From an archaeon (GTDB taxonomy: Archaea; Nanobdellota; Nanobdellia; Pacearchaeales; GW2011-AR1), in contig JABHLR010000002.1 in NCBI GenBank assembly GCA_018693315.1, positions 2,445 to 66,444 on the forward strand: 64,000 nucleotides of DNA, given 5' to 3'. How positions within the stretch are numbered: position 1 is the first letter of the stretch; every line of letters begins with the position of its first letter. Shown piece by piece: positions 28,822-37,453 of the stretch. A program made the translations under genes and the position numbers. The notes under the pieces are model-generated. The model was not told the origin of the DNA. It saw only the letters and a program-made list of their open reading frames with translations, and did not search any database.

Positions 28822-30464
28822 CTTAACACCTCTTGAATCTCATTAAGAATCTTATTATATTTTTTTAATGATTTTATTTTTTTAGTCCTTGGTCGAGGGA
28901 AGGGGACATCATAAACTTTCTTTACAATTGCAGGGCTTCCTTTTAAAATAAATATTCTATCCGACAACAAAATAGCTTCATCTATATTATGGGTAACCAT
29001 AACAATCGTAATCAAGTGCTTTTTGCACAAATTCATAATCAACTCATTCATCTTGTATCTGGTTATATAATCCAAAGCTCCAAAGGGCTCATCCAGAAAA
29101 ACAATATGTGGCCTAGTTATTAAAGCTCTTGCAATAGCAACCCTTTGTTTCATTCCACCAGAAAGCTGATGGGGATAATGATTTTCAAAGCCAGTTAGCC
29201 CAACCTCCTCGATCATTTCATCAACATTGACATCATGATTCAATATCTCCGCAAAAAAGACCACATTCTCCCTCAAAGTCTTCCATGGCAACAAATTCGC
29301 AGATTGCGTAACAAAACTAAATTTTTTCTGCAATTCTTTTGTCAATGCCTTACCCTCGTAATCTACCTTCCCCTCGTAATTCTCATCTAAGCCACTCAGA
29401 ATATTTAAGAATGTAGACTTCCCACATCCCGATTCTCCAAGAATCGTTACAAATTCCCCTTCATTTATGCTAAAATTAACATCCTTAAGAATTTTTTGGG
29501 GTTTTTGATTCAAACTAAAACTCTTAAAAACTCTTTCTGCAGATATTGTTTTTGGAATCTCTTTAGACTTTAGTCCATTGACAAATTTGTTAGTAAAAAA
29601 CTCTCCAATATCAACATCCCCTTCCAATAGATTAGCAGTAGTTAAAATATCCTTAAGTCGTATCCAATCATGCTTACTCTGCACACCATTGCTCGCATTT
29701 TCAGACAAAGGCAATCTTTCATCAAGCTTCAATCTACTTTCAAACATCTTTTTTTGATAATCCTTCTCATCCGCCAATTGAGGATTTTGTTTCATCATTA
29801 TATCAAAAGACTCTTTTGGATACTTTCTCTCATAACTCATCCCCTTTAGAATTGCATTGGTAAACCCCTGGACAATCTTAGGATTCTTTTCCGCATAATC
29901 AGAATTAGCAACCAAACAAAGACCATAAGACTTTAAGCCGTAATCATAAAAAAGAATATTACTTAGTTTTTTATTTTTCTCTCCTGCCATTAAGAATGGG
30001 TATGTCACAAAGTGTTTTACGCCCTTTTTTAAAAATTTATTTCCCAAACCATCTACTGGCATCTCAAAAATATTATCTCTATTAATATTATTTTTTAGTA
30101 GAAAAGCAGAATACATTTGATAAGAATTACTATTTAAAATCACACCAACCTTTTCACCCTCAAGGTTTTTTGGATTTGATATTTTTTTCCAAGAGACTAT
30201 CCCCGAAGGATTTACCTTACCAACAACAGCTATAACTTTAATTGGCAAACCCTTGCTCCTTGCTATCATAGCTGTTTCTGCACTCACAATCCCCATAGCA
30301 TACTCTCCAGACCCTACCTGTTCACTGGTAATCTTCGAGCCTAAATTCTGCACAATTGAAACATCCAAGCCCTCTTCTTGAAAAAACTTCTTTTCTTTAG
30401 CAACATAGGAAAAAACCCATGAACCACCATGAAACCAGCTAATAGGAAAACTTAGCTTTTCCAT
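28818..30464 (-). CDS. NMT1/THI5-like substrate-binding domain fused to ABC ATPase
   Basis: N-terminal part paralogous to the upstream SBP (SWFHGG); C-terminal GESGCGKST, LSGGMKQR, LDEPF. Confidence 0.85.
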   Translation of the reverse strand: MEKLSFPISWFHGGSWVFSYVAKEKKFFQEEGLDVSIVQNLGSKITSEQVGSGEYAMGIVSAETAMIARSKGLPIKVIAVVGKVNPSGIVSWKKISNPKNLEGEKVGVILNSNSYQMYSAFLLKNNINRDNIFEMPVDGLGNKFLKKGVKHFVTYPFLMAGEKNKKLSNILFYDYGLKSYGLCLVANSDYAEKNPKIVQGFTNAILKGMSYERKYPKESFDIMMKQNPQLADEKDYQKKMFESRLKLDERLPLSENASNGVQSKHDWIRLKDILTTANLLEGDVDIGEFFTNKFVNGLKSKEIPKTISAERVFKSFSLNQKPQKILKDVNFSINEGEFVTILGESGCGKSTFLNILSGLDENYEGKVDYEGKALTKELQKKFSFVTQSANLLPWKTLRENVVFFAEILNHDVNVDEMIEEVGLTGFENHYPHQLSGGMKQRVAIARALITRPHIVFLDEPFGALDYITRYKMNELIMNLCKKHLITIVMVTHNIDEAILLSDRIFILKGSPAIVKKVYDVPFPRPRTKKIKSLKKYNKILNEIQEVLS

Positions 30465-30465
30465 G

Positions 30466-31482
30466 TTATTCACTCCTCGTAACAAATTCATTCGTAAAAA
30501 ATTCTTCTAAGTTAACATCAGAATCCAAGAAACCCAGATCATCCATAATATCCTCAGTATTCTGCCATGTTTCTAAATCTTGTAGCCCATCTGTTGGGTC
30601 TGATCCCCCAAATAGCTTATCATTAAACTCATTCCTCATATAAAATAATTTTTCTTCATATGGAGCATTAAGTTCTGGATTCTCCTCTAGCATTATCCTT
30701 AATGCTTCCTCTGGATTTTCTTGCTCATATTTAAAACCCTTTAAAATCGCATTAACGACTCTTTGCACAATCTCTGGATTCTCCTCTAGATAATCATCAT
30801 TAACAACAATACCATGACTATACATATTTAATCCATGATCATAATAAACTAAAGTATTCGTCTCAACTCCCTTCAAATCAGCAATTGACTTTGTAACAAA
30901 GGGTGATAACGCATGACAATCAACCGCTCCAGCAATAAATTCTTGCCCAGCACCAGAAATTGGAATCTCCTCAATCTTTGATAAATCTATATCATTCATC
31001 TTGGCAAACATTAAAAATTGTTGATAAGTGTTACTTGTACGCGTCACTCCAATCTTCTTTCCCTCAAGGTTTTTTGGATCACTCAGATTCACATCTGTAT
31101 GACATGTTAATCCAGCATGTGAAACCTTGTCAATAATAGCGACAACAGTTAAAGGAACTCCTTTGCTCTTAGCCATTAAAGCTACATCTGCAGAAACTAT
31201 ACCAATAGGAGATTGTCCAGAGCCAATTAAAGAACTCGTAATAGTAGACCCCTTATTTTCATGAAGAGTTACTGACAATCCTTCATCGGCAAAATAACCA
31301 TTATAATCTGCTACATACGCATATCCCCAAAAACCACCATGAAACCAACTTAATTCAAAATCTATTTCATTTAAGCCTCCAGTAGATTTTTCATTCGAGA
31401 AAAAGATAAAGCCCAATACTAATACCAACACAACGACGACGACTAAGAAAGACCACTTTTTCAAACCATTACCCTTTTTCAT
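30466..31482 (-). CDS. ABC substrate-binding protein, NMT1/THI5 family
   Basis: N-terminal TM anchor; GYF.DEGL.V, L.GKKIG, FTNEF. Confidence 0.88.
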   Translation of the reverse strand: MKKGNGLKKWSFLVVVVVLVLVLGFIFFSNEKSTGGLNEIDFELSWFHGGFWGYAYVADYNGYFADEGLSVTLHENKGSTITSSLIGSGQSPIGIVSADVALMAKSKGVPLTVVAIIDKVSHAGLTCHTDVNLSDPKNLEGKKIGVTRTSNTYQQFLMFAKMNDIDLSKIEEIPISGAGQEFIAGAVDCHALSPFVTKSIADLKGVETNTLVYYDHGLNMYSHGIVVNDDYLEENPEIVQRVVNAILKGFKYEQENPEEALRIMLEENPELNAPYEEKLFYMRNEFNDKLFGGSDPTDGLQDLETWQNTEDIMDDLGFLDSDVNLEEFFTNEFVTRSE

Positions 31483-31756
31483 ATCAGAGAGAGGTATTAT
31501 TCTTTTATAAAGTTTTTCAAATCTTCTAATCACCCTAAACTCTCAGAAAGATAAGTACACTTGTGCTCCTCAATCAACTGCACAATTTTCTCGTCAGCAA
31601 TCAACTCTCCAAACTCATTCGACAACTTTCCGCCACCCATATACTCAACCTCGACAATCCTTAAAAACTCTAACCACCAACGACAATTAAACTAAACAAA
31701 GTTCATAAACAAAAAATTTAGTTGTCCCCTCCCGATGCCAAAAAGGTCAGGTCGGC

Positions 31757-31865
31757 GGCGGGAGCGTTTCTGTGATTTGAACGGTTCAAATTGAGCGATT
31801 CGCTTTGAGGAAAACAATTTTAAGTATATTTTTCCGAGATGCAAATTGCGAATAGGCGGGAGCGT
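31757..31865 (+). repeat. 11-bp direct repeat resembling the tRNA-Glu 3' end, enclosing a family A hairpin
   Basis: ggcgggagcgt at 31757-31767 and 31855-31865; internal tgagcgattcgctttgag...atgcaaattgcgaata matches 6820-6880 (- strand). Confidence 0.85.
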
Positions 31866-31964
31866 GAAATGAAAATTTTCTAGAGGCAGGAGAAGTCATG
31901 TCGTCCCCGTTACTTCCTGACAATCAATACAAAGACATAAAAAGCAAATTTCATCAGTAAAGTT

Positions 31965-32927
31965 ATGGTAGCTAAACCAAAAGCGCCGAAGATCAATGAT
32001 TTAATCTTTAAGGAACTCATTAAAAGAGGCTACTCTCTAGAAGGAAATACGCGAATCTGGAACATCGCCGACTCAAAACTCTGGTACCTAACACCTGACC
32101 AAGCACAGTCATACCTAGATTTAGAAGACGAAGAGAAATATAAGGAAGAGGTAACAAACAAAGAGCTAAAACTTATTGATGAAAATATAGACGAAATTTT
32201 AAAAGAGGCAGGAGGAGGCCCATTAAATATCATAGACTTAGGATGCGGAGACGGAAAGAAGGTGGTAAAATTCATCGAAAAACTAAAAGGAAAAGTAAAG
32301 TTGAGATATTGCCCAATCGACATAAGCGGCTACATGGTAAGCAAAGCGATCGAAAGAATAAAGAAACTAAAAGCAGGAGAGATCGTAGAATTTCAATGGA
32401 ACATATCAGATTTTGAAAATATAGAAAACATAACAGAATTATTGAGACAAGGAGAATTCAAGAAACATCTAATTTTATTATTAGGTAACACGCTCGGGAA
32501 CTTTGAAATCAACGAGCTATTATACGAAATCAGAAGTTCGATGAAGGGAAACGATTTACTTGTCATCGGCAACGGGATAGATAACGGAAAGGTTGATACT
32601 CGTGCGGAATCTTATGAGAAAAATGAAACAGTAGATAGATTCTTAATAAAAATCCCATTCCAACTTGGACTTAAGCCAAGCGAAATAGAAATAGGAACGA
32701 GATTTAAGAATTCCAGAATAGAATTGTATTATACGATAAAGAAAGACAAAGTAATCAAATTCCAAGAAAAGGAAATTCAATTTCAAAAAGGAGATCAAAT
32801 TATAGTAGCAGTTGGATACAAATATCCAAAAGAAGAATTTATGAGCTATTTGAATATTCATTTCGATGATGTCAGTGCGAAAACCTCTGAAGATGGAACA
32901 CAGATTCTAGCCCTCTGCAAAAAATAA
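31965..32927 (+). CDS. EgtD-like (histidine N-alpha) methyltransferase family protein
   Basis: IIDLGCGDG.K, Y.PIDIS, LLGNTLGNF, SRIE. Confidence 0.75.
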   Translation: MVAKPKAPKINDLIFKELIKRGYSLEGNTRIWNIADSKLWYLTPDQAQSYLDLEDEEKYKEEVTNKELKLIDENIDEILKEAGGGPLNIIDLGCGDGKKVVKFIEKLKGKVKLRYCPIDISGYMVSKAIERIKKLKAGEIVEFQWNISDFENIENITELLRQGEFKKHLILLLGNTLGNFEINELLYEIRSSMKGNDLLVIGNGIDNGKVDTRAESYEKNETVDRFLIKIPFQLGLKPSEIEIGTRFKNSRIELYYTIKKDKVIKFQEKEIQFQKGDQIIVAVGYKYPKEEFMSYLNIHFDDVSAKTSEDGTQILALCKK

Positions 32928-32993
32928 CTCAAAGATTTAATTCATATTTCTCAACCCCAATAACTTTTTATATCTATTTTAATCAGTATTACT

Positions 32994-33136
32994 GATCCTG
33001 TAGCTCAGTCTGATCAGAGCGCTAGTCTTATATGGCTACAGTTCCTCCGGGAATTGTAAAAGCTTTCGCTTGAAAATCTTTAGGGATTTTCGCTTGAGAA
33101 AGCTAGAGGTCCCGGGTTTAAATCCCGGCAGGATCA
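32994..33136 (+). tRNA. tRNA-Ile(UAU) with 68-nt intron at 37/38 (33033-33100)
   Basis: GAUCCUG/CAGGAUC-A acceptor; CUAGU-CU-UAU-A|A-GCUAG; BHB helix CUUA/UGAG with AAA bulge. Confidence 0.88.
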
Positions 33137-33247
33137 TCAGATCCGGATTTAAACCCTGTGTTTATTTTCCCGGCCGAGCGTTTAGGTCTGAACAAATGTA
33201 AAAATATTTGCAGACCTGGGCGCGAGTTGGATCATCAGATCCGGATT
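33131..33247 (+). repeat. 19-bp duplication of tRNA-Ile 3' end/trailer enclosing a long hairpin
   Basis: ggatcatcagatccggatt at 33131-33149 and 33229-33247; internal gcgtttaggtctg/cagacctgggcgc stem. Confidence 0.9.
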
Positions 33248-33262
33248 AAAGGATAAATTAAA

Positions 33263-33823
33263 ATGATAATAGGAATAGCTGGAAGAATCGCGGCAGGGAA
33301 AGAAACACTAACAAAGTTCTTGAGAGACAAAGGAGTTAATTATTTTGAGACTCGAAGAATCTTATCTGAGACTTTGGAGGAGATGGGACTAGAGGCAAGC
33401 AGGTCTAATATGCAAGATCTTGGAGACAGATGGAGAGGAGAGGGGGGCGCAGGCGCTCTGATGGAAAAGATTCTAGAGAAGATAAACTATAAAGATGAAG
33501 ACTGGATTATTGACAGTCTTAGAAACGGGGGGGAGGCTGAATTTTTGAGGGAAAAATTAGGAAAAGATTTTGTGTTAATATCTGTGGATGCCCCAAGGGA
33601 AATCAGATTCAAAAGAATTGTCGATAGAGGGAAAAAAAGCGACATGTTAAATTGGGATAATTTTCTGAAAGTAGACGAAAGAGATGATTTCGACAAAGAA
33701 AATCCGATGGGACAACAAACGGGAAGGCTTATAGGGATGTCAGACCACGTCATTATGAACGACGGCATATTAGAAGACGCAATGTCGGAAATAAAAAAAG
33801 CTTGGGAGGAGATTAATAAATAA
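33263..33823 (+). CDS. P-loop nucleotide kinase (dephospho-CoA kinase-like)
   Basis: IGIAGRIAAGK, IDSLRN..E, R..RI..RG, D..I.NDG. Confidence 0.8.
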   Translation: MIIGIAGRIAAGKETLTKFLRDKGVNYFETRRILSETLEEMGLEASRSNMQDLGDRWRGEGGAGALMEKILEKINYKDEDWIIDSLRNGGEAEFLREKLGKDFVLISVDAPREIRFKRIVDRGKKSDMLNWDNFLKVDERDDFDKENPMGQQTGRLIGMSDHVIMNDGILEDAMSEIKKAWEEINK

Positions 33824-33824
33824 A

Positions 33825-35006
33825 ATGTTACTAGGATTAGTAGGAAAACCATCATGCGGAAAATCAACATTCTTCAAGGCAGCGACGCTCTCGGACGTCT
33901 TAATAGCCTCATATCCATTCGCAACAATCGAGCCGAACCATGGAATTGGATATGTGAGAGTCGACGCTTTATGCAAAGAACTCAAAACAAAATGTAATCC
34001 GAGAACAGGATTCTGCACAGGCGAAACAAGATTTGTCCCAGTCGAGCTAATGGATGTAGCAGGTTTAGTCGAAGGCGCCTCTGAGGGTAAAGGACTCGGT
34101 AACAAATTTCTAGACTCACTAAGACAAGCCGACATGTTCATCCACATCGTAGACGCATCAGGCACAACAGACGCCGAAGGAAAAGAGGGTTCAGGCGATC
34201 CAGTCCAAGATGTAAAAATGCTAGAGAACGAACTCAACAAATGGTATCAAGCAATATTCAAAAAAACCTGGGACAAACTTTCTAGAACAATACAAACAAC
34301 AAAACAAGATCTCTCAGTATCCTTAGCAAAACAATTTTCAGGACTAGGAGTTTCAGAAGACGACATCAAAGACGTCCTAATAAAATTAAAGCTCGATCCA
34401 CTCAAGCCAACATCATGGTCCGAAACAGATCTAGCAAATTTTACAGAAACACTAAGGCACCTAACAAAACCAATGCTAATCGCCGCAAATAAAATCGACA
34501 AGCCTGGCGCAAAAGAAAATTTAGAAAGACTAAAACAAGAATTCCCAAACATGCAAATAATCCCATGCTCAGCCGACGCCGAACTATCCCTAAGGCAAGC
34601 TAAAGAACACGGATTAATCGAATACATTCAAGGCGAATCATCATTCAAAATCAACGAAGACAAAGCAAACGAAAAACAAAAAGCAGCCCTAGAGTCAATC
34701 CAAAAAAACGTCCTAGACGAATTCGGCTCAACAGGAGTTCAAGAAGTCCTAGACAAATCAGTTTTCGATCTTCTAAACTATATCGCAATTTTCCCAGCAG
34801 GAAATAAACTAGCAGACTCCAAAGGCAACATCCTACCAGATTGCTTTCTACTTCCAGGCGGCTCAACAGCACTAGACTTCGCATATTCACTCCATACAGA
34901 CATAGGTGACAAATTCGTAAAAGCAATCGACGTCAGAACAAAACAACCGGTCGGAAAAGATCACGCCCTAAAGCATAGGGACGGAATAGAAATCATGACT
35001 TCATAA
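33825..35006 (+). CDS. ychF: Redox-regulated ATPase YchF (archaeal OBG family)
   Basis: GKPS.GKST, YPFATIEPN, DVAGLV.GA..GKGLGN.FL, NKID, TGS domain. Confidence 0.93.
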   Translation: MLLGLVGKPSCGKSTFFKAATLSDVLIASYPFATIEPNHGIGYVRVDALCKELKTKCNPRTGFCTGETRFVPVELMDVAGLVEGASEGKGLGNKFLDSLRQADMFIHIVDASGTTDAEGKEGSGDPVQDVKMLENELNKWYQAIFKKTWDKLSRTIQTTKQDLSVSLAKQFSGLGVSEDDIKDVLIKLKLDPLKPTSWSETDLANFTETLRHLTKPMLIAANKIDKPGAKENLERLKQEFPNMQIIPCSADAELSLRQAKEHGLIEYIQGESSFKINEDKANEKQKAALESIQKNVLDEFGSTGVQEVLDKSVFDLLNYIAIFPAGNKLADSKGNILPDCFLLPGGSTALDFAYSLHTDIGDKFVKAIDVRTKQPVGKDHALKHRDGIEIMTS

Positions 35007-35404
35007 TCGCAATTAAATATCACCAAGCCCCAGACATCCAAACAATCGCCGAAGAGGTAGTAAGAAAGCTAGACTGGAGCCACGTCCTCCTCGAACACGT
35101 TTCATTTCTTAGAAGCACAGGATCAAGGGCTAGACGAACAATCGCAAGATGCCACGCCCTCGGCAAAGCAATGCAAATCGGCATGGGAAGAAAAAAAGGA
35201 TTCTACCTAATCGAAGTCATCTCAGAAAAATTCGACAGACTCTCAGCAGAAGAACAACTAAAAGTAATCATCCACGAACTAATGCACATCCCAAAATCTT
35301 TCGGCGGCGGCTTCATCCACCACGACAAAGTCCACGACGCATCAGTCGACCACGTCTACAACCACTACTGCAATCTAAAAAAAGAAGAGACAGAATGGTT
35401 CTAA
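35006..35404 (+). CDS. Putative metallopeptidase (HExxH) with apparent ATC start
   Basis: Open frame from 35006: AIKY..APD..RS.GS...TIARCH..EVISE.F...IIHELMHIP..FGGG. Confidence 0.75.
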   Translation: MAIKYHQAPDIQTIAEEVVRKLDWSHVLLEHVSFLRSTGSRARRTIARCHALGKAMQIGMGRKKGFYLIEVISEKFDRLSAEEQLKVIIHELMHIPKSFGGGFIHHDKVHDASVDHVYNHYCNLKKEETEWF

Positions 35405-35703
35405 AACAAATCACCTACTACATCAACAACAAGCCTCACAAGATAAAAGTAAAACTCTGCGACACTCCATTAAAAAAAACAACAGGCCTAATGTTCCGAA
35501 GCCAAAGCCCGCCACTCCTATTCGTCTTCAATAAAAATAAAACTCTAGCAATTCACTCACTCTTTTGCAAACCATTTAGAGCAATCTGGCTCGACGACAA
35601 AATGCACGCAACAAAAATTATCGACGTGAAAAACTGGAAACTCAATCTGTCAGGCAAAGGAAAGTACTTGCTCGAAATACCGACGAGGATTACTAATAAA
35701 TGA
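35395..35703 (+). CDS. DUF192 family protein
   Basis: GLMFR, LFVF, IHS.F, IWLD, Y.LEIP. Confidence 0.85.
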   Translation: MVLKQITYYINNKPHKIKVKLCDTPLKKTTGLMFRSQSPPLLFVFNKNKTLAIHSLFCKPFRAIWLDDKMHATKIIDVKNWKLNLSGKGKYLLEIPTRITNK

Positions 35704-35798
35704 CAAATTCACCTCGACAATTGACCAAAAGGTTTAAATAGAAAATCGAATTAGAAACATTAGAACTTGCAAAAGAGGGAAAAAGGAGGTTAAAAAAA

Positions 35799-35975
35799 AT
35801 GGGAAAAATAATCGCTAAAAATGTCGTTGAACGAAAATCTGGATTTCTATACTATGTAGACGGAAAGGGAAACGTTTGCGAGGCTAAGATGGCTCGAGGT
35901 GGAAAGAAGAAAAAGAAAGCCGCTAAGAAACCAGCAAAGAAGAAAGCAGCCGCTAAGAAGAAAAAGAAGAAGTAA
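35799..35975 (+). CDS. Small basic chromatin-like protein (CC1-like core plus Lys/Ala tail), 58 aa
   Basis: MGKIIAKNVVERKSGFLYYVDGKGNVCEAKMARGGKKKKKAAKKPAKKKAAAKKKKKK; SD aggaggt; absent from the ORF track. Confidence 0.75.
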   Translation: MGKIIAKNVVERKSGFLYYVDGKGNVCEAKMARGGKKKKKAAKKPAKKKAAAKKKKKK

Positions 35976-36017
35976 TTCTTCACAACTATTATTAATTTTT
36001 TAATTTATCATATTCAA

Positions 36018-36052
36018 TGAATCTCCCACGTTAGGGAGCTTGGGAGATTCAT
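36018..36052. terminator. Inverted repeat between convergent genes
   Basis: atgaatctccca...tgggagattcat. Confidence 0.55.
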
Positions 36053-36060
36053 TATAACTT

Positions 36061-36118
36061 TTGCCGAGCTTGTTTGGTTTATCAAATGCCATCTAGGCAC
36101 GAGGTACACCATTGGGTG
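36061..36118 (-). repeat. Family B 58-nt element, intergenic copy downstream of iscU
   Basis: Aligns without gaps to 19194-19251. Confidence 0.85.
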
Positions 36119-36131
36119 TTATTTCCCAGAA

Positions 36132-36503
36132 CTATTTCAAATCCCCAATAGCCTTCTGCAAAGCATCCGCAGCCAAATTAGAACAATGAACTTTTATCGG
36201 AGGCAACTGGCCTAACGCCGCAGCCACATCCTTATTAGTAATCTTCTTCGCCTCACTTATTTTCTTACCCTTAACCAAAGTTGTCATCATCGAAGAACTC
36301 GCAATCGCTGCCGCACATCCAAAAGTCTGAAACTTCACATCGCTAATCTTGTCACCATCAACCTTCAACATAACTTTCAAAACATCGCCACAACTAGGAT
36401 TCCCAACAGTCCCAACCCCGTCAGCGTCCTCAATCTCACCCATGTTCCGCGGATTCTGGAAATGATCAAAAACCGCCTTCGTATAATCACAATTACTTCC
36501 CAT
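36132..36503 (-). CDS. iscU: Fe-S scaffold IscU/NifU-N
   Basis: HF.NPRN.G, CGD, GCAAAIASSS, LPP.K.HCS. Confidence 0.95.
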   Translation of the reverse strand: MGSNCDYTKAVFDHFQNPRNMGEIEDADGVGTVGNPSCGDVLKVMLKVDGDKISDVKFQTFGCAAAIASSSMMTTLVKGKKISEAKKITNKDVAAALGQLPPIKVHCSNLAADALQKAIGDLK

Positions 36504-36699
36504 TATTCAATTCCTTCAACAGCTCGTCAACATCAACACCATGCGCCGCAGCTCCATTCTCAATCGTCTCAAACTGCGCCATAGGGCACCCGCCACAAAA
36601 CAATCCCCGCTCACCCAACTTATTACCAGCCTCAGGATCCAAATCCATCAACTCCATAAAAGTCATATCCTTAGTAATTTTCTTCTTCTTAGCTACCAT
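36493..36699 (-). CDS. DUF1858 protein
   Basis: ITKDM..G..C.GCP.A..ETIE.GA..HG.D. Confidence 0.88.
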   Translation of the reverse strand: MVAKKKKITKDMTFMELMDLDPEAGNKLGERGLFCGGCPMAQFETIENGAAAHGVDVDELLKELNNGK

Positions 36700-37453
36700 T
36701 CTTAGTAGCCTCCACCTTCAAACTCTCAAGCGCAATTCCAGTATACTGCCGCTTACTAATATCCTTATCCTCGCCCAATATCTTAACACTAAGCCCAGCA
36801 GACTCCATCTTCGAAATATAATCATCCTTCTGCAAAGCCCCAGCAACACAACCAACCATCAACTCGTCATCATTCTTCTGCTCCTCGCTCAACTCACCCA
36901 ATAAAACAATATCAGAAACATACATCTTTCCACCATCCTTCAAAACTCGAGCAACCTCAGAAAAAACCTTATCCTTATCAGGCGCAAGATTCACAACACA
37001 ATTACTAATCACAATATCAATAGACGCATCATCAACAGGCAACTTTTCAATATCCCCAAGCCTAAACTCGGTATTCTTATATCCATACTTTTCAGCATTC
37101 GCCTCAGCTCGCGCAATCATCTCAGGAGTCATATCAACACCAATCACTTTCCCAGATTCTCCAACTTTCTTAGCCGCCAAAAAAACATCAAACCCAGCAC
37201 CACTTCCCAAATCCAAAACAGTCTGCCCCTCTTTCATATTTCCCAAAGCAATCGGATTCCCACAGCCCAAACCAAGATTCGCCTCAGGCACATTATTAAT
37301 TTCCTCGTCACTATATCCAATCGATTTAGAAATTTCATCATTCAATTTCAAATTCGCATTCCCAAGACTACATCCACAACTATTACTACAGCCCCCGCTA
37401 CTCGCTATCTTCGCGTAACCTTCTTTAACAGTTTCTTTTACGTCATTACTCAT
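36689..37453 (-). CDS. arsM: Arsenite methyltransferase
   Basis: [39 protein letters not shown]. Confidence 0.9.
   Translation of the reverse strand: MSNDVKETVKEGYAKIASSGGCSNSCGCSLGNANLKLNDEISKSIGYSDEEINNVPEANLGLGCGNPIALGNMKEGQTVLDLGSGAGFDVFLAAKKVGESGKVIGVDMTPEMIARAEANAEKYGYKNTEFRLGDIEKLPVDDASIDIVISNCVVNLAPDKDKVFSEVARVLKDGGKMYVSDIVLLGELSEEQKNDDELMVGCVAGALQKDDYISKMESAGLSVKILGEDKDISKRQYTGIALESLKVEATKNGS

Larger units (their letters stand above)
25146..31865. mobile_element. Putative integrated element at the tRNA-Glu 3' end
   Basis: Recombinase gene next to the tRNA; cggtgggagcgtt (tRNA end) recurs as cggcgggagcgtt at 31756-31768; AT-rich cargo. Confidence 0.65.

Noticed and set aside
31531-31700. 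Short minus-strand ORF MGGGKLSNEFGELIADEK...
   Set aside because: 36 aa with no recognisable motif; probably a gene fragment at the island edge.
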